Below are positions 27,227-37,164 of a stretch of 49,662 nt of DNA, one piece after another. Numbering within the stretch: the first letter of the stretch is position 1; each line of letters starts with the position of its first letter. The stretch comes from Methanobacteriota archaeon (GTDB lineage: Archaea; Thermoplasmatota; Poseidoniia; Poseidoniales; Poseidoniaceae): NCBI GenBank assembly GCA_002726495.1, contig PBTH01000046.1:1-49662 (forward strand), written 5' to 3'. The notes under the pieces are model-generated. The model searched no databases and was not told the DNA's origin. It worked only from the letters and a program-made list of their open reading frames with translations. The position numbers and the translations under genes were made by a program.

Positions 27227-29902
27227 TTAGGGTTCACGAAACTCTGCTGTCTCAAGACCGATACTAAATCGATATGTTCCGATAGAAGCTGTCCCTGACC
27301 CCCGAAGCAAATGAACACGATTGTAGAGGATTCCAGCGATTCCAGCAAATGCAAGTTGAGCCAATGCGAAAAAGATATTCCATGTCAAGGCAAAGATCAA
27401 ACGGGGATATATCGGAGAATATGCATAAAGATTCAAACAGCCAAATACGATGAGGAACTGAGAAAGCATGTAGGGTTGAAGCGAAAATCCAGCATGCCGT
27501 ATCGCAAACATCAATGCAACTGAAGCCACGATTAATGGACTTGCAATCATGAATGTCATCCACAGCGTAGACGGTTGTTCACCACCACCAAAATAACCAC
27601 CTTGCACGATAACTGCGCCAGGATCGAGCTCTCGGGGGTGCGGGCAAATACCTTCAAAACAGGTTTGAATACCGTTTACTTGTCCCAGAAGCGTCCACCA
27701 TAGCACCCAAATCACCCATGGGAGCACAGCGAGAGCAACAAGGGAGCGTGGATGTGAAACGCCGTCTGAAAATGAGTTCACATTTGATTTGAACTTCTCC
27801 AACAATTTTGGAATGCATGTAAGCAGCAACACGGTCGTAGTCGCTGCCCAAGCACCCCAGGCAACCATTGCATGCAACGACAATCCGCCAAGGAAGAGTA
27901 AAACCGAGGTTTTTGTTTCTTTTTGGTAGAAGAACATGCTTAGTGAGTATAAACTAACTATTGCGCCTAGAGCCAATAGTTGAAGCCAATATTCATCTGT
28001 AGATTTCAGTAACACCCCCAATACCAACCATGCAGTACAAACGGAAATACGACGTAAGTCAAGGTCCTCATACACTGACCACACAACCGTTATCCCAGTG
28101 ATGACCACCAAGAATAACGTGAGAATTCCACCTCCCAAACTGAGAGAATTCATACCTACAAGATCGAGCATGAAATGCCGACCAAATAAACGACGATGAA
28201 CCAAACTTAATGCGGCAACAAGCAACAACCAAACCACTGTTAGCGAAAGGTTGAACCTACGCTTCACGATACTGGTTACCAGAAAACCTGAGATCACAAA
28301 GTAAAACGGAATTAATGCATACCAAAGACGAAGAGAACCAACGGTTAACGCCCCAACTACGAGCATAAGATAAATTCCATGGGACTTAGAAGACCCGTTT
28401 ATTGCATGTCCTGTCCAAGATGCGGTGGACCAAACCCCGACCCAGATCAGTAAAACGATAAGGATGGACTTGGAAAGTGAACCAAAGAGAAGCCATAAGA
28501 GAATGCTCAGACCAATCCACAGTCGCAACGAATGTATTGATTTTGATTCAATAAACGATGGTTTGCTATGACGCCCTAATGATGATGCTACAAGCCAAAC
28601 TGCACTTGCTGCACCCAATGCCCTGGGTATCATTGCGGAAAACGAAAGATAAGCGTGACTGAGAACACAAAGGCTGATCGCTGCGACAAATGGAACAATA
28701 AATTTCAGTTCATCACGGCGCAATGGCCCTTTCGTTCGAACACCGTAATATGTTATTGAAAACAACAAGACGACAACCAAAATTGAAGCAATGATGTCAA
28801 TGGCCCTCATATTGAATGAACCGTCTTCAAGTGACGACCAACGTGGCACTGCCTCATCTTCCAGCCCTTTGTCATCAGGTTGGAAAAATACATGACGCTG
28901 TGAAGCAGCTTTCCAATTCCATTCTTCAAGCGCCATGACATCTTCATTTGACATCGTGTGGATTCCTAATGGAATGTTGCCGCTCAGTTGAATCGGGTAA
29001 TCAAGGCCGAGGGAAGCGACCATCAGGGCCGGAACATCGCGCTGTTGTGCACTCATTTCAATACCGCTTCGTATCGATGGGCCTGTGACCAATGCAACGA
29101 CTTGCCGAGTGTCTTCCTCAGCCGAACCATGAGACCCTGTTGCAGTCATCCCGTGATCGGCGGTAACAACAACTGTCCAATCCTCAGGCACCCCCTCCAA
29201 TAGAGAAACCACTTGATGGTCAATATGGACCATCTTCTCATAGTAAGGATCGGTTTCAATACCCCATTTGTGGCCGACCTTGTCGGGCCCAGAAAAATGT
29301 GCGGCGATGACATTGTGGGATGATGATTCCAACCACGAATCAAGTTGTATTGCCGTATCTGCATCTCCAAAATAATAATCTCCATGACCTTGAAAGGTAT
29401 CTACAAATTCAATGTCCTCGTTTGAACTGTATAAATTCCCCATAACATAACTTCCAACCATCGCTACTGAATATCGTTCATCTGCTGCAGCAAGCGTCCA
29501 TCCATCCTCGCCACCAGGATGTCCAAGGTTGAAATTCCTTAATCCGTCAATCGGAGCGTTTGGAACGCCCGTCATGAGTTCACTGATGCACGTAGCAGAC
29601 AAGGTCAATGGGCCCGTCTCAATTCTTAGAGTGGCTGCTTCGGCACTCCATGTTTGAAGTTGAGGCATGAAATCAGAACTGAGCATGATGTCTTCTCCAA
29701 CACCATCCAATATGATCATGAGAAAACCTTCAGAAGACACATCAACAGATTCTGGAAATGGTACTGTTCCTTCAGGTTGAGGGCCATCCAGTAAGACATA
29801 TGGAGTTGTTATCACCAAGGGCAGAAGCATCAACAACAAAAGGGAAAAGACCCAGCGTGAGAATCCCTTCCCACCTAATTCGGTCCCTCGTTCTGATTCC
29901 AA
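27227..29902 (-). CDS. Alkaline-phosphatase-superfamily membrane protein with GPI ethanolamine-phosphate transferase (PIG-O/PIG-G)-like architecture
   Basis: One N-terminal TM; catalytic domain with IILDGV, PLTLSA, HFSGPDKVGHKWG, ADHGMTATGSHG and QQRDVP; followed by more than ten TM helices. Confidence 0.75.
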   Translation of the reverse strand: MESERGTELGGKGFSRWVFSLLLLMLLPLVITTPYVLLDGPQPEGTVPFPESVDVSSEGFLMIILDGVGEDIMLSSDFMPQLQTWSAEAATLRIETGPLTLSATCISELMTGVPNAPIDGLRNFNLGHPGGEDGWTLAAADERYSVAMVGSYVMGNLYSSNEDIEFVDTFQGHGDYYFGDADTAIQLDSWLESSSHNVIAAHFSGPDKVGHKWGIETDPYYEKMVHIDHQVVSLLEGVPEDWTVVVTADHGMTATGSHGSAEEDTRQVVALVTGPSIRSGIEMSAQQRDVPALMVASLGLDYPIQLSGNIPLGIHTMSNEDVMALEEWNWKAASQRHVFFQPDDKGLEDEAVPRWSSLEDGSFNMRAIDIIASILVVVLLFSITYYGVRTKGPLRRDELKFIVPFVAAISLCVLSHAYLSFSAMIPRALGAASAVWLVASSLGRHSKPSFIESKSIHSLRLWIGLSILLWLLFGSLSKSILIVLLIWVGVWSTASWTGHAINGSSKSHGIYLMLVVGALTVGSLRLWYALIPFYFVISGFLVTSIVKRRFNLSLTVVWLLLVAALSLVHRRLFGRHFMLDLVGMNSLSLGGGILTLFLVVITGITVVWSVYEDLDLRRISVCTAWLVLGVLLKSTDEYWLQLLALGAIVSLYSLSMFFYQKETKTSVLLFLGGLSLHAMVAWGAWAATTTVLLLTCIPKLLEKFKSNVNSFSDGVSHPRSLVALAVLPWVIWVLWWTLLGQVNGIQTCFEGICPHPRELDPGAVIVQGGYFGGGEQPSTLWMTFMIASPLIVASVALMFAIRHAGFSLQPYMLSQFLIVFGCLNLYAYSPIYPRLIFALTWNIFFALAQLAFAGIAGILYNRVHLLRGSGTASIGTYRFSIGLETAEFREP

Positions 29903-29992
29903 CTTTCGACGCTCCTAATGCCACATAACAGATGAACCAATCTACCCGTTCGTAAGGAGGGCAGACTCTAAAGTTTCGGGTAAGCGAAATTT

Positions 29993-30232
29993 CTATCGGC
30001 GTATGGACCAATTCTTTCGGCCCAAACCTTCGATAGCAACGCCCATCAAGGCTCCCCAAAAAACAGGCGATTCCAATGAGAGGAACATACCAGCAATCAT
30101 TGCCATGAGGGCTAAAATCCAATGATGTATCCAAAAAGAACGGTTGCGGAAGTGTGGTTTGAATCGCTCAGTAATCCAACGCGTCAAAGCCAAAGAAAGA
30201 ACAACACTGATTGAAAAATACGCGAACTCCAT
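29993..30232 (-). CDS. Small membrane protein with WIHHW motif
   Basis: From ATG 30232: 79 aa with three hydrophobic segments. The longer tracked ORF (to 30394) overlaps the divergent phnD start and is unlikely. Confidence 0.6.
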   Translation of the reverse strand: MEFAYFSISVVLSLALTRWITERFKPHFRNRSFWIHHWILALMAMIAGMFLSLESPVFWGALMGVAIEGLGRKNWSIRR

Positions 30233-30372
30233 AGCCTGTACGATGAAGAGACGGTTTATTATCCATTGATGGCCAAAAGAATCGGAGAGCCTTGGAGTTG
30301 GAATGTTCCAAATTTCGGACGTCCTAAAATACATATAACTCCTGCTCATCCCCGTGGTTAAGGGGATACGAA

Positions 30373-31626
30373 ATGCGTCATAGCCAAACCTCAATCTTAC
30401 TAGTTACCTTAATGTTAGCCGCGTGCATACCAGGATGCCTTTTCACAAGTGATTCCTCAATGTCAAAATGTTCAGATGATGACAATTGTCTCAAAATTGC
30501 TTTTGAAGTAAAAGAAGAATACCGCAATACTGACGAAAATCCACAAAAACTTGCAGATAGACTCGGAGAATTGATGGGTCAAGAAGTTGAAATTTATCCT
30601 GTTTCAAGCCCCGCTGCAACGATAGAAGCCTTGCGGTTTGGCAATGCTGACATCGGTTTCCTCGACGGTGGAGCCGCATGGTTGAGTTGGAATGAATACG
30701 GCCTTCAAGTCGCAGCTGCTGAACAAAAGGCCGATGGCCGTGCCTACTATCATGCGGTCGCATGGGTTCACAAGGACTCCGATATGGCTCAAGCCAGCAT
30801 GAGTGGAGATATCGATCAGGCACTCACACTCATGAAGGGTAAAATTTCATGCCACACCTCAGCGCTCGGCAGTTCGGGAATGCTGCTACCAATGGGTTAT
30901 CTCATCAACAACAGCTACATGGAAGTCAAGGGCGATGAAAACGAAATTGACTCCCTCCACCAGACCGTTACATCTCACTTCTCTACTGACTCGAGTATCC
31001 CTGATAGCGGTACGCCCTATTATCGCTACATAGGGTCACTACGATGTCTTGCCGAGCACGCCCTTGGTGATGCTACAGACTACATCTCATTCGCCAAAGA
31101 TCCTACAGTTCCTGATTATTGTGGTGACGAGCCGGAGGACTGGTGTTTTGAAGGCGACTTCGCATCCACTGAAGACTTCTATCCAATAGGAGGATACAAA
31201 GAAAATGGCGAAGTGAACACGCCATTTGGTAAGGCTCCAAGCCATCCTGTGATGTACAACCCTGATTTCTTCACGGCTGCTGAGGTTCAATCCTTGCGAG
31301 ATGCATTCACTACGATGAGCAGCAACGACGATGATTTGGAAATTCTTGAAGATGTTCTCAGCACGCCAGGCATGACCATTATTGACACGGAATCACACCT
31401 TGGCAGCTACGGAGATGCAATTGGAGACGTACCCGGAATCACCGCTTACTTCAACAGTAAGATTTTGAAGACGAGTTCCTCATCCGGCGGAGATTCATCC
31501 ATTTTGCCACAAGCTCTCCTGGTTTTGGGGGCAATTGGTGCTGTGTTCATCATCATTCGAACACGTACCTCCAAATCTGAACAGCTTAACATGCCGGAGC
31601 ATGAAATACCCAAAGAAAACGAATAA
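30373..31626 (+). CDS. phnD: PhnD-like phosphate/phosphite/phosphonate ABC substrate-binding protein
   Basis: Lipobox-like LAACIPGC; motifs IEALRFGNADIGFLDG, YYHAVAWV, SALGSSGMLLP and PSHP; extra C-terminal TM helix. Confidence 0.8.
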   Translation: MRHSQTSILLVTLMLAACIPGCLFTSDSSMSKCSDDDNCLKIAFEVKEEYRNTDENPQKLADRLGELMGQEVEIYPVSSPAATIEALRFGNADIGFLDGGAAWLSWNEYGLQVAAAEQKADGRAYYHAVAWVHKDSDMAQASMSGDIDQALTLMKGKISCHTSALGSSGMLLPMGYLINNSYMEVKGDENEIDSLHQTVTSHFSTDSSIPDSGTPYYRYIGSLRCLAEHALGDATDYISFAKDPTVPDYCGDEPEDWCFEGDFASTEDFYPIGGYKENGEVNTPFGKAPSHPVMYNPDFFTAAEVQSLRDAFTTMSSNDDDLEILEDVLSTPGMTIIDTESHLGSYGDAIGDVPGITAYFNSKILKTSSSSGGDSSILPQALLVLGAIGAVFIIIRTRTSKSEQLNMPEHEIPKENE

Positions 31627-31629
31627 CTG

Positions 31630-32847
31630 GTGAATCGTGTGAGGGGCTGGGCCGTATTTGTTCTCACGATACTGTTGATGGCACCTCTTTCTGGATGCTT
31701 GAGCAATGATGAGGATGAACCGGATACCAATAATTTTGAATGGCCAGGCCAAGGTCAACCTGAATGTGAACCACTTGAAGTTGATGTATCCTGCAGAGAA
31801 TACCTTACTGGCTTCACAACACCAGTAACATCGCTCCATCATCCAGTCAATGAAGAAGTGTGGTTTGCTGACCTTGACGGTCGCATTGTTTCATGGGATG
31901 GAGTGGATAAGCGACAAGTCGCAAATCTAACCGGATTGATCTCAAATTGCCATACTGAAGCTGGACTGCTTGGCTTCACGTTCACGGATGATTTTCAAAC
32001 CAGTTCGGAAATATTGTTCACATTCATTGGCTCTGCTAACTGTGAAACAAAGGAGGTCACCAATTTGTTTCTTGCATCCGCAAAAGTTAGCAATGGCACC
32101 ATTAGCATGGACGATGTAAATGTATTACGAGAAATCGAACAACCTTACAGAAACCACAACGGTGGCCATGTACATTCTCTAGGGAATCATTCCTATCTGT
32201 GGGGAATTGGCGATGGTGGCGGATCAAACGATCCGATGGATAACGGACAAAACGGCAGTAGCATGCTCGGAACCATTCAGCACTTCTGGTATAACGGAGG
32301 AAACATAAGCCCTCTACACAATACGAGCCAAACCGATGATGATTATGTTCTTCACAAGGGTTTGCGCAACCCTTGGAAATTTGACGTTGACCCACAACAA
32401 CGCCTGTGGATTGCTGATGTGGGTCAGAATTGTTTTGAAGAAGTGAATATGGTTGATGTACTTGTCCCAACCAATTTCGGTTGGGCAGAACGAGAAGCAA
32501 ACAGGGAATTTAGCAACCCCAACGATTGCTCCACGCCCCCGAGCAGCCCTCCGCAAGGGATGACAGACCCTATTCTTGTCTATGCTCATGAAGAAGGTCG
32601 ATGCTCAATCACGGGTGGATTGTGGATGGATTGGGGACCCACTGAATGGCAGGATGGTTATCTGTACGGGGATTTCTGCACAGGAGAAATTTGGATAACT
32701 CAGCTAAATCAAGAAGGCGAATGGGAGCAAAAAGACCTCGTAAGCACTCAGAATTTCATCGTTGGTTTTGGACGGGGTCTCAACGATGAGTTGCTCGTTT
32801 TCACCTGGACTGGAACGATTTTTCACTTGAATCCTCATCAGGGATAA
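31630..32847 (+). CDS. PQQ-dependent glucose/sorbosone dehydrogenase-family lipoprotein
   Basis: Lipobox LSGC; motifs EAGLLG, NHNGG, GDGG, GLRNPW, ADVGQ..EEVN, NFGW, SITGG and YLYGDF. Confidence 0.88.
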   Translation: MNRVRGWAVFVLTILLMAPLSGCLSNDEDEPDTNNFEWPGQGQPECEPLEVDVSCREYLTGFTTPVTSLHHPVNEEVWFADLDGRIVSWDGVDKRQVANLTGLISNCHTEAGLLGFTFTDDFQTSSEILFTFIGSANCETKEVTNLFLASAKVSNGTISMDDVNVLREIEQPYRNHNGGHVHSLGNHSYLWGIGDGGGSNDPMDNGQNGSSMLGTIQHFWYNGGNISPLHNTSQTDDDYVLHKGLRNPWKFDVDPQQRLWIADVGQNCFEEVNMVDVLVPTNFGWAEREANREFSNPNDCSTPPSSPPQGMTDPILVYAHEEGRCSITGGLWMDWGPTEWQDGYLYGDFCTGEIWITQLNQEGEWEQKDLVSTQNFIVGFGRGLNDELLVFTWTGTIFHLNPHQG

Positions 32848-32927
32848 ATTTGAGTTAGTAACGAATGAAGAATGCTGTGTTGTTATCGCTGACAAATCAT
32901 TAAGAGGTACTGATTGACCATCAAAGC

Positions 32928-33956
32928 ATGGGAAAGAGAGGGGTACTCCTCATCAACGTCGGAACCCCGGATGAACCTACGGTGAAATCGGTCCGAACTT
33001 ATCTCAAGGAATTCCTCCTAGACCCGGATGTCATTGACATCCCTGCTCCACTCCGTCATCTCTTAGTCCGAGGAATAATTTTGAGGGTAAGGCCCAAGAA
33101 AATAGCACCATTATATCAAAAAATCTGGATGGAAGAGGGGTCACCGCTGCGCGTTTATTCAGATCGAATCACCTCGTCTCTTGATGATATGTTGGAAAAC
33201 ACAGAATTTGAGTTTGGAATGAGATACGGTAATCCTAGCATTCTTTCCGGCTTAGAGAAACTCCGTAACGCTGGAGTGGATGAACTCCTCCTATTGCCAA
33301 TGTTCCCTCATTACGCACAAGCCACAACAGAATCCTCGTTGAAGCATGCCCATAAACAATTGAAAGCAATGGGCTGGAACCCTTCTCTATTGGAGATGAG
33401 CCACTTTGAAACCGAAAATGAATATACGATCCCGCTCGCCAACTCAATCCAGCCGCATCTCACACCAGATACCCATTTGCTCTTTTCCTATCACGGACTT
33501 CCTATTTCCCACGTTAAGCGAATTGATGGTTCAAAAAAGCATTGTCAAAAGGTAAAGGATTGCTGCTCGATAAAATGCGAGGCAAATCAAATGTGCTACG
33601 GTCATCATTGTATGGAAACGACATTGGCGGTTGTTGCTCAGCTCGGCCTTGACGAAGACCAATGGTCGTTAAGTTATCAAAGCCGAATAGGACCTGTAAA
33701 GTGGCTGGAACCATCAACAACAAACAAGATTGTAGAACTGGTGGACAGAGGGATCAAAAAACTCGCCATCGTAGCCCCTGCCTTCCTAGCAGATGGGCTT
33801 GAAACCCTTGAAGAGTTGGACATCGGAATTAGAGAACTTTTCTTGGAACATGGCGGGAAGGAGCTTACAGTGATTGGATGCTTGAACGATGACCCCGCTT
33901 GGATTGAAGGACTTGGCGCATTAATTGTGAAGACATTTGAATCGCTTCCTGTTTAG
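32928..33956 (+). CDS. hemH: Ferrochelatase
   Basis: Motifs GVLLINVGTP, GSPL, MRYGNPS, LFSYHGLP, YQSRIGP..WLEP and FLADGLETLEEL. Confidence 0.95.
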   Translation: MGKRGVLLINVGTPDEPTVKSVRTYLKEFLLDPDVIDIPAPLRHLLVRGIILRVRPKKIAPLYQKIWMEEGSPLRVYSDRITSSLDDMLENTEFEFGMRYGNPSILSGLEKLRNAGVDELLLLPMFPHYAQATTESSLKHAHKQLKAMGWNPSLLEMSHFETENEYTIPLANSIQPHLTPDTHLLFSYHGLPISHVKRIDGSKKHCQKVKDCCSIKCEANQMCYGHHCMETTLAVVAQLGLDEDQWSLSYQSRIGPVKWLEPSTTNKIVELVDRGIKKLAIVAPAFLADGLETLEELDIGIRELFLEHGGKELTVIGCLNDDPAWIEGLGALIVKTFESLPV

Positions 33957-35209
33957 AAGAGCGCGGCAATTCGTTCGGCTTCAGCAATTACGTGAGTGAT
34001 TGAAACCCCTGAAAATGCCCATCCTGCGCGAGTAAAACTGCTATCATGTTGAGATATTCGTTCCATGTGTCCGGGTGGATAGGATGGAATCTCACGGTCG
34101 CCAAGATGTTGAAAGATAACCGATTTGGATGAACCAAGAAGTTGATGTGCGCACTCTTTGACGAGTTGGTGGTTATCTTTCACACGAGAATGGGGAACCA
34201 TCAATCGAAACAAACGGTGACCTTCGGGCGCTCGCTTAGAATGATGGATGTCACTCTCGTGAAGGATGCCACTGATGGGAAGATTTGTATCGGGAACGAG
34301 CGTCCCATACCCCACCTTCACATTAGATATGTCTTCCATTCTATAGCCGATTGCGAATATCGACAAAGATGTTGAAGGGGGACCTGATTCCATAGGAACC
34401 GTCCAGACAACAGATGAGAGGGGGACCTTGAATTTCTCAGCCACTGCTTCTGGTGATTCAGCATGCATGCCAAACTCAACAGAAACGTTTGGCATGTTCT
34501 TCAGAACACTTGAAAGCGCGTCTATGAGGCACTCCATGCCACCATCAAAAGAAGCAAGGCTGCCTTTTTTGGGCGTGAATAGCGGATAGGTATCTCTCAT
34601 TTTCTTTTTGATGGAAGACCATTTGATTGGAGGGTTTGGTCCAAATCGGGTCAACGATGGGAATAAGAAATCTGCATCGACATGGGCTGATGTGTCGTTT
34701 ACAATCCCAAGGGTCATCGCATCCGCAATGAGTTCGTGCGGTAACACCTCGGAAACCGCACACCCGCCTTTTCGTGATTCAATCACTGAACGACGCATTC
34801 GCAGGGGGCCAATTTTTAGGGCGGTCCGCCAAGAAAGGCGATGAGGCTCACCCTTCAAATGGACCCAACGATGTTTTGCATCTGGGTTTGAAGGCATGAA
34901 CACATCACCAAGCGAAAGATCATCCACCAGTCGCCAAACAGCGGGATGACTGCGTGTAGCATTGACCGCTAGATCACAGGTCCATTCATCATGGTTCCAC
35001 GTCTTTATGACCCCTCCAAATTCATTGCTGCCCTCAACAATTGTGATATTAATATCCGGCCGTTTTGAAGCCAAGCGATATCCGATTGTTAGACCTGATA
35101 GGCCGCCTCCAACAATGACAACATGGGTGGAATAACTCAATTCGTCAGCGATAAGAAGGGGGCGACGAAGTTCATCTCCATAGCGAACCCATTCCTCTAG
35201 AGAATACAT
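33953..35209 (-). CDS. hemY: HemY-type protoporphyrinogen oxidase (divergent, short)
   Basis: FAD motif IVGGGLSGL...E..GGVIKT, plus SFDGGM, GYGTLVP, IPSY and GVSI; lies between hemF and hemH. Confidence 0.78.
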   Translation of the reverse strand: MYSLEEWVRYGDELRRPLLIADELSYSTHVVIVGGGLSGLTIGYRLASKRPDINITIVEGSNEFGGVIKTWNHDEWTCDLAVNATRSHPAVWRLVDDLSLGDVFMPSNPDAKHRWVHLKGEPHRLSWRTALKIGPLRMRRSVIESRKGGCAVSEVLPHELIADAMTLGIVNDTSAHVDADFLFPSLTRFGPNPPIKWSSIKKKMRDTYPLFTPKKGSLASFDGGMECLIDALSSVLKNMPNVSVEFGMHAESPEAVAEKFKVPLSSVVWTVPMESGPPSTSLSIFAIGYRMEDISNVKVGYGTLVPDTNLPISGILHESDIHHSKRAPEGHRLFRLMVPHSRVKDNHQLVKECAHQLLGSSKSVIFQHLGDREIPSYPPGHMERISQHDSSFTRAGWAFSGVSITHVIAEAERIAALF

Positions 35210-35221
35210 AGATACAACCCC

Positions 35222-36130
35222 CTACTCAATCCAATCTACGGGTTGCTTCAACACATTTTGCATTCGCTCTTCCTCGCTTCCAGGTTCAATTTCGTGACAA
35301 TATTCCCACCTTGCCACCAAAGGAAGCGACATCAAGATACTCTCAATCCTTCCATTGGTTTTGAGACCGAACGTTGTACCTCGGTCGTAGACAAGATTGA
35401 ATTCAACATATCGCCCTCGACGCAGGTTCTGCCATTCTTTTTGTTGATTATCGTATGCCATATCTTTCCGGCGTTCAAGGATGGGAAGGTAGGATTGTAA
35501 AAAGGATTCAGCACAATCTTTGACAAAGTCAAAACAGTCTTGTTTGTTGTTGGCTCTCAAATCATCAAAAAAAATCCCCCCAACACCGCGCCCTTCAGCA
35601 CGATGGGGGATATGGAAATAGGTGTCACACCATTCTTTGTAATGTGCGTAATCCGCTACGTTGTGTCGGTCACAAGCATCCTTGAGGGTGGAATGAAAAT
35701 GACGGGCATCCTCTTCAAACAGATAACTTGGCGTAAGGTCTGCGCCCCCTCCAAACCACCAGCTACCGTCCCGATCGCCTGTTCCTCGCTCAAAGTACCT
35801 GTAGTTGGCATGAACCGTAGGCGCCATTGGATTGTTTGGGTGAAGAACGAGACTAAGCCCTGTTGCGAAGAAATCCAGGTCGTCGCCTTCGAGACTCTGC
35901 CCCCCTCCCATCGCTTGGGCGGCTTCGGGTTCTAGCGTGCCGTATACAACACTAACATTAACGCCAGCCTTCTCAAACACGGAGCCCCCTGAAAAGACGC
36001 GGCTGCGCCCTCCTCCGCCTTCATCCCGCTCCCAAACATCTTCACGGCATGTTGTTTGGTCAATTGCAGCTAATGATTCACATATCTCATCTTGAATGCG
36101 ATGGACCATGTCAATCATCTTTTGACGCAT
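35222..36130 (-). CDS. hemF: Oxygen-dependent coproporphyrinogen III oxidase
   Basis: Motifs FEKAGVNVS, HPNNPMAPTVHANYRYF, WWFGGGADLTP, GVGGIFFDD and RRGRYVEFNLVYDRGTTFGL. Confidence 0.97.
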   Translation of the reverse strand: MRQKMIDMVHRIQDEICESLAAIDQTTCREDVWERDEGGGGRSRVFSGGSVFEKAGVNVSVVYGTLEPEAAQAMGGGQSLEGDDLDFFATGLSLVLHPNNPMAPTVHANYRYFERGTGDRDGSWWFGGGADLTPSYLFEEDARHFHSTLKDACDRHNVADYAHYKEWCDTYFHIPHRAEGRGVGGIFFDDLRANNKQDCFDFVKDCAESFLQSYLPILERRKDMAYDNQQKEWQNLRRGRYVEFNLVYDRGTTFGLKTNGRIESILMSLPLVARWEYCHEIEPGSEEERMQNVLKQPVDWIE

Positions 36131-36132
36131 GC

Positions 36133-37164
36133 TTATTCCTCAGTAAGCGTCCTTAGAACGGCTTCAACACATTCAATTCTTGCGTTGGGTGCGAAACCAT
36201 GGCCGAGATTAAAAATATGCCCCGGTTCGCTTCCCGCGGCGTTTAATACGCGGCGTGCAGCGGTTTGAGCTGCCTCTACCGAACCATGCATTCGTGAAGG
36301 GTCGAGATTGCCTTGGAATGCAAAATCCTTCCCAAACTGACGCCGATTTGCCGCGAGGTCATCCCTCCAATCAAGAGAAATCGCATCAAGGTCTAATTCT
36401 CGAATCTGAGAATGAAGGTGACCCGAGCCTTTTGCGTAGTGAATGACTGGTACATCATCTCCAGCTTTTTCCTTGAAAACCTCAATGGCTCGTTGAGTTG
36501 CTGGCATGGCAAATTCCCGATAGATGGTCGGAGAAAGTAGCCCTGCCCATGTATCAAACAATTGCACTGCGTCCGCTCCACCGTAGACAACCTGGTCGGC
36601 AAGTAGGTCTCCAACAATCTCACCCATCGACATGAACATGTTCTTTGCCGCATCTGGATTTGAGAACACCTTAGCACGAGCATTGTGGAAATCTTTGTCA
36701 CCCGTCCCTCCTGAGAGAAGATACATACAGATTGTCCAAGGAGATCCTACAAAGCCGAGGCGAGCAACATCATCGCCTAAATGCTCTCCTACCGAACGAA
36801 GTCCGTCGGCAGCCCAAGGAGCGTGTTTTCTTGCATTAAATGCGGTCCAATCGTCAACATCAGAGAGTTCAAAATCACTTATTCGGATACCTCCTCCGTA
36901 TTCTACGTCGTACCCTAGACTAGGTAGTGGCGTGAGAATATCACTGAAAATGATGGCTGCATCAAGGGTCTTGTATCGCTGGAGCGGCTGAAGGGTAATG
37001 GTTGTGCAAAGGTCTACGTCTTGGCAGCGTTCCCAAAATGAATGTTCTGCAGCAATTTTCCGATATTCTGGAAGGTGACGTCCAGCCTGTCGCATGAACC
37101 ACACTGGAGTGCGGTCCACGGGCTGAAGGCGAAGTGCATTCAATATTCGTTCTTTGCTGTTCAT
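36133..37164 (-). CDS. hemE: Uroporphyrinogen decarboxylase
   Basis: Motifs PVWFMRQAGR, DAAIIFSDIL, QLFDTWAG, QGNLDP and HIFNLGHG. Confidence 0.97.
   Translation of the reverse strand: MNSKERILNALRLQPVDRTPVWFMRQAGRHLPEYRKIAAEHSFWERCQDVDLCTTITLQPLQRYKTLDAAIIFSDILTPLPSLGYDVEYGGGIRISDFELSDVDDWTAFNARKHAPWAADGLRSVGEHLGDDVARLGFVGSPWTICMYLLSGGTGDKDFHNARAKVFSNPDAAKNMFMSMGEIVGDLLADQVVYGGADAVQLFDTWAGLLSPTIYREFAMPATQRAIEVFKEKAGDDVPVIHYAKGSGHLHSQIRELDLDAISLDWRDDLAANRRQFGKDFAFQGNLDPSRMHGSVEAAQTAARRVLNAAGSEPGHIFNLGHGFAPNARIECVEAVLRTLTEE

Noticed and set aside
33953-35209. Coproporphyrin-dependent (HemQ) pathway interpretation of hemY
   Set aside because: hemF is adjacent and no hemQ is seen, which favours the protoporphyrin route.
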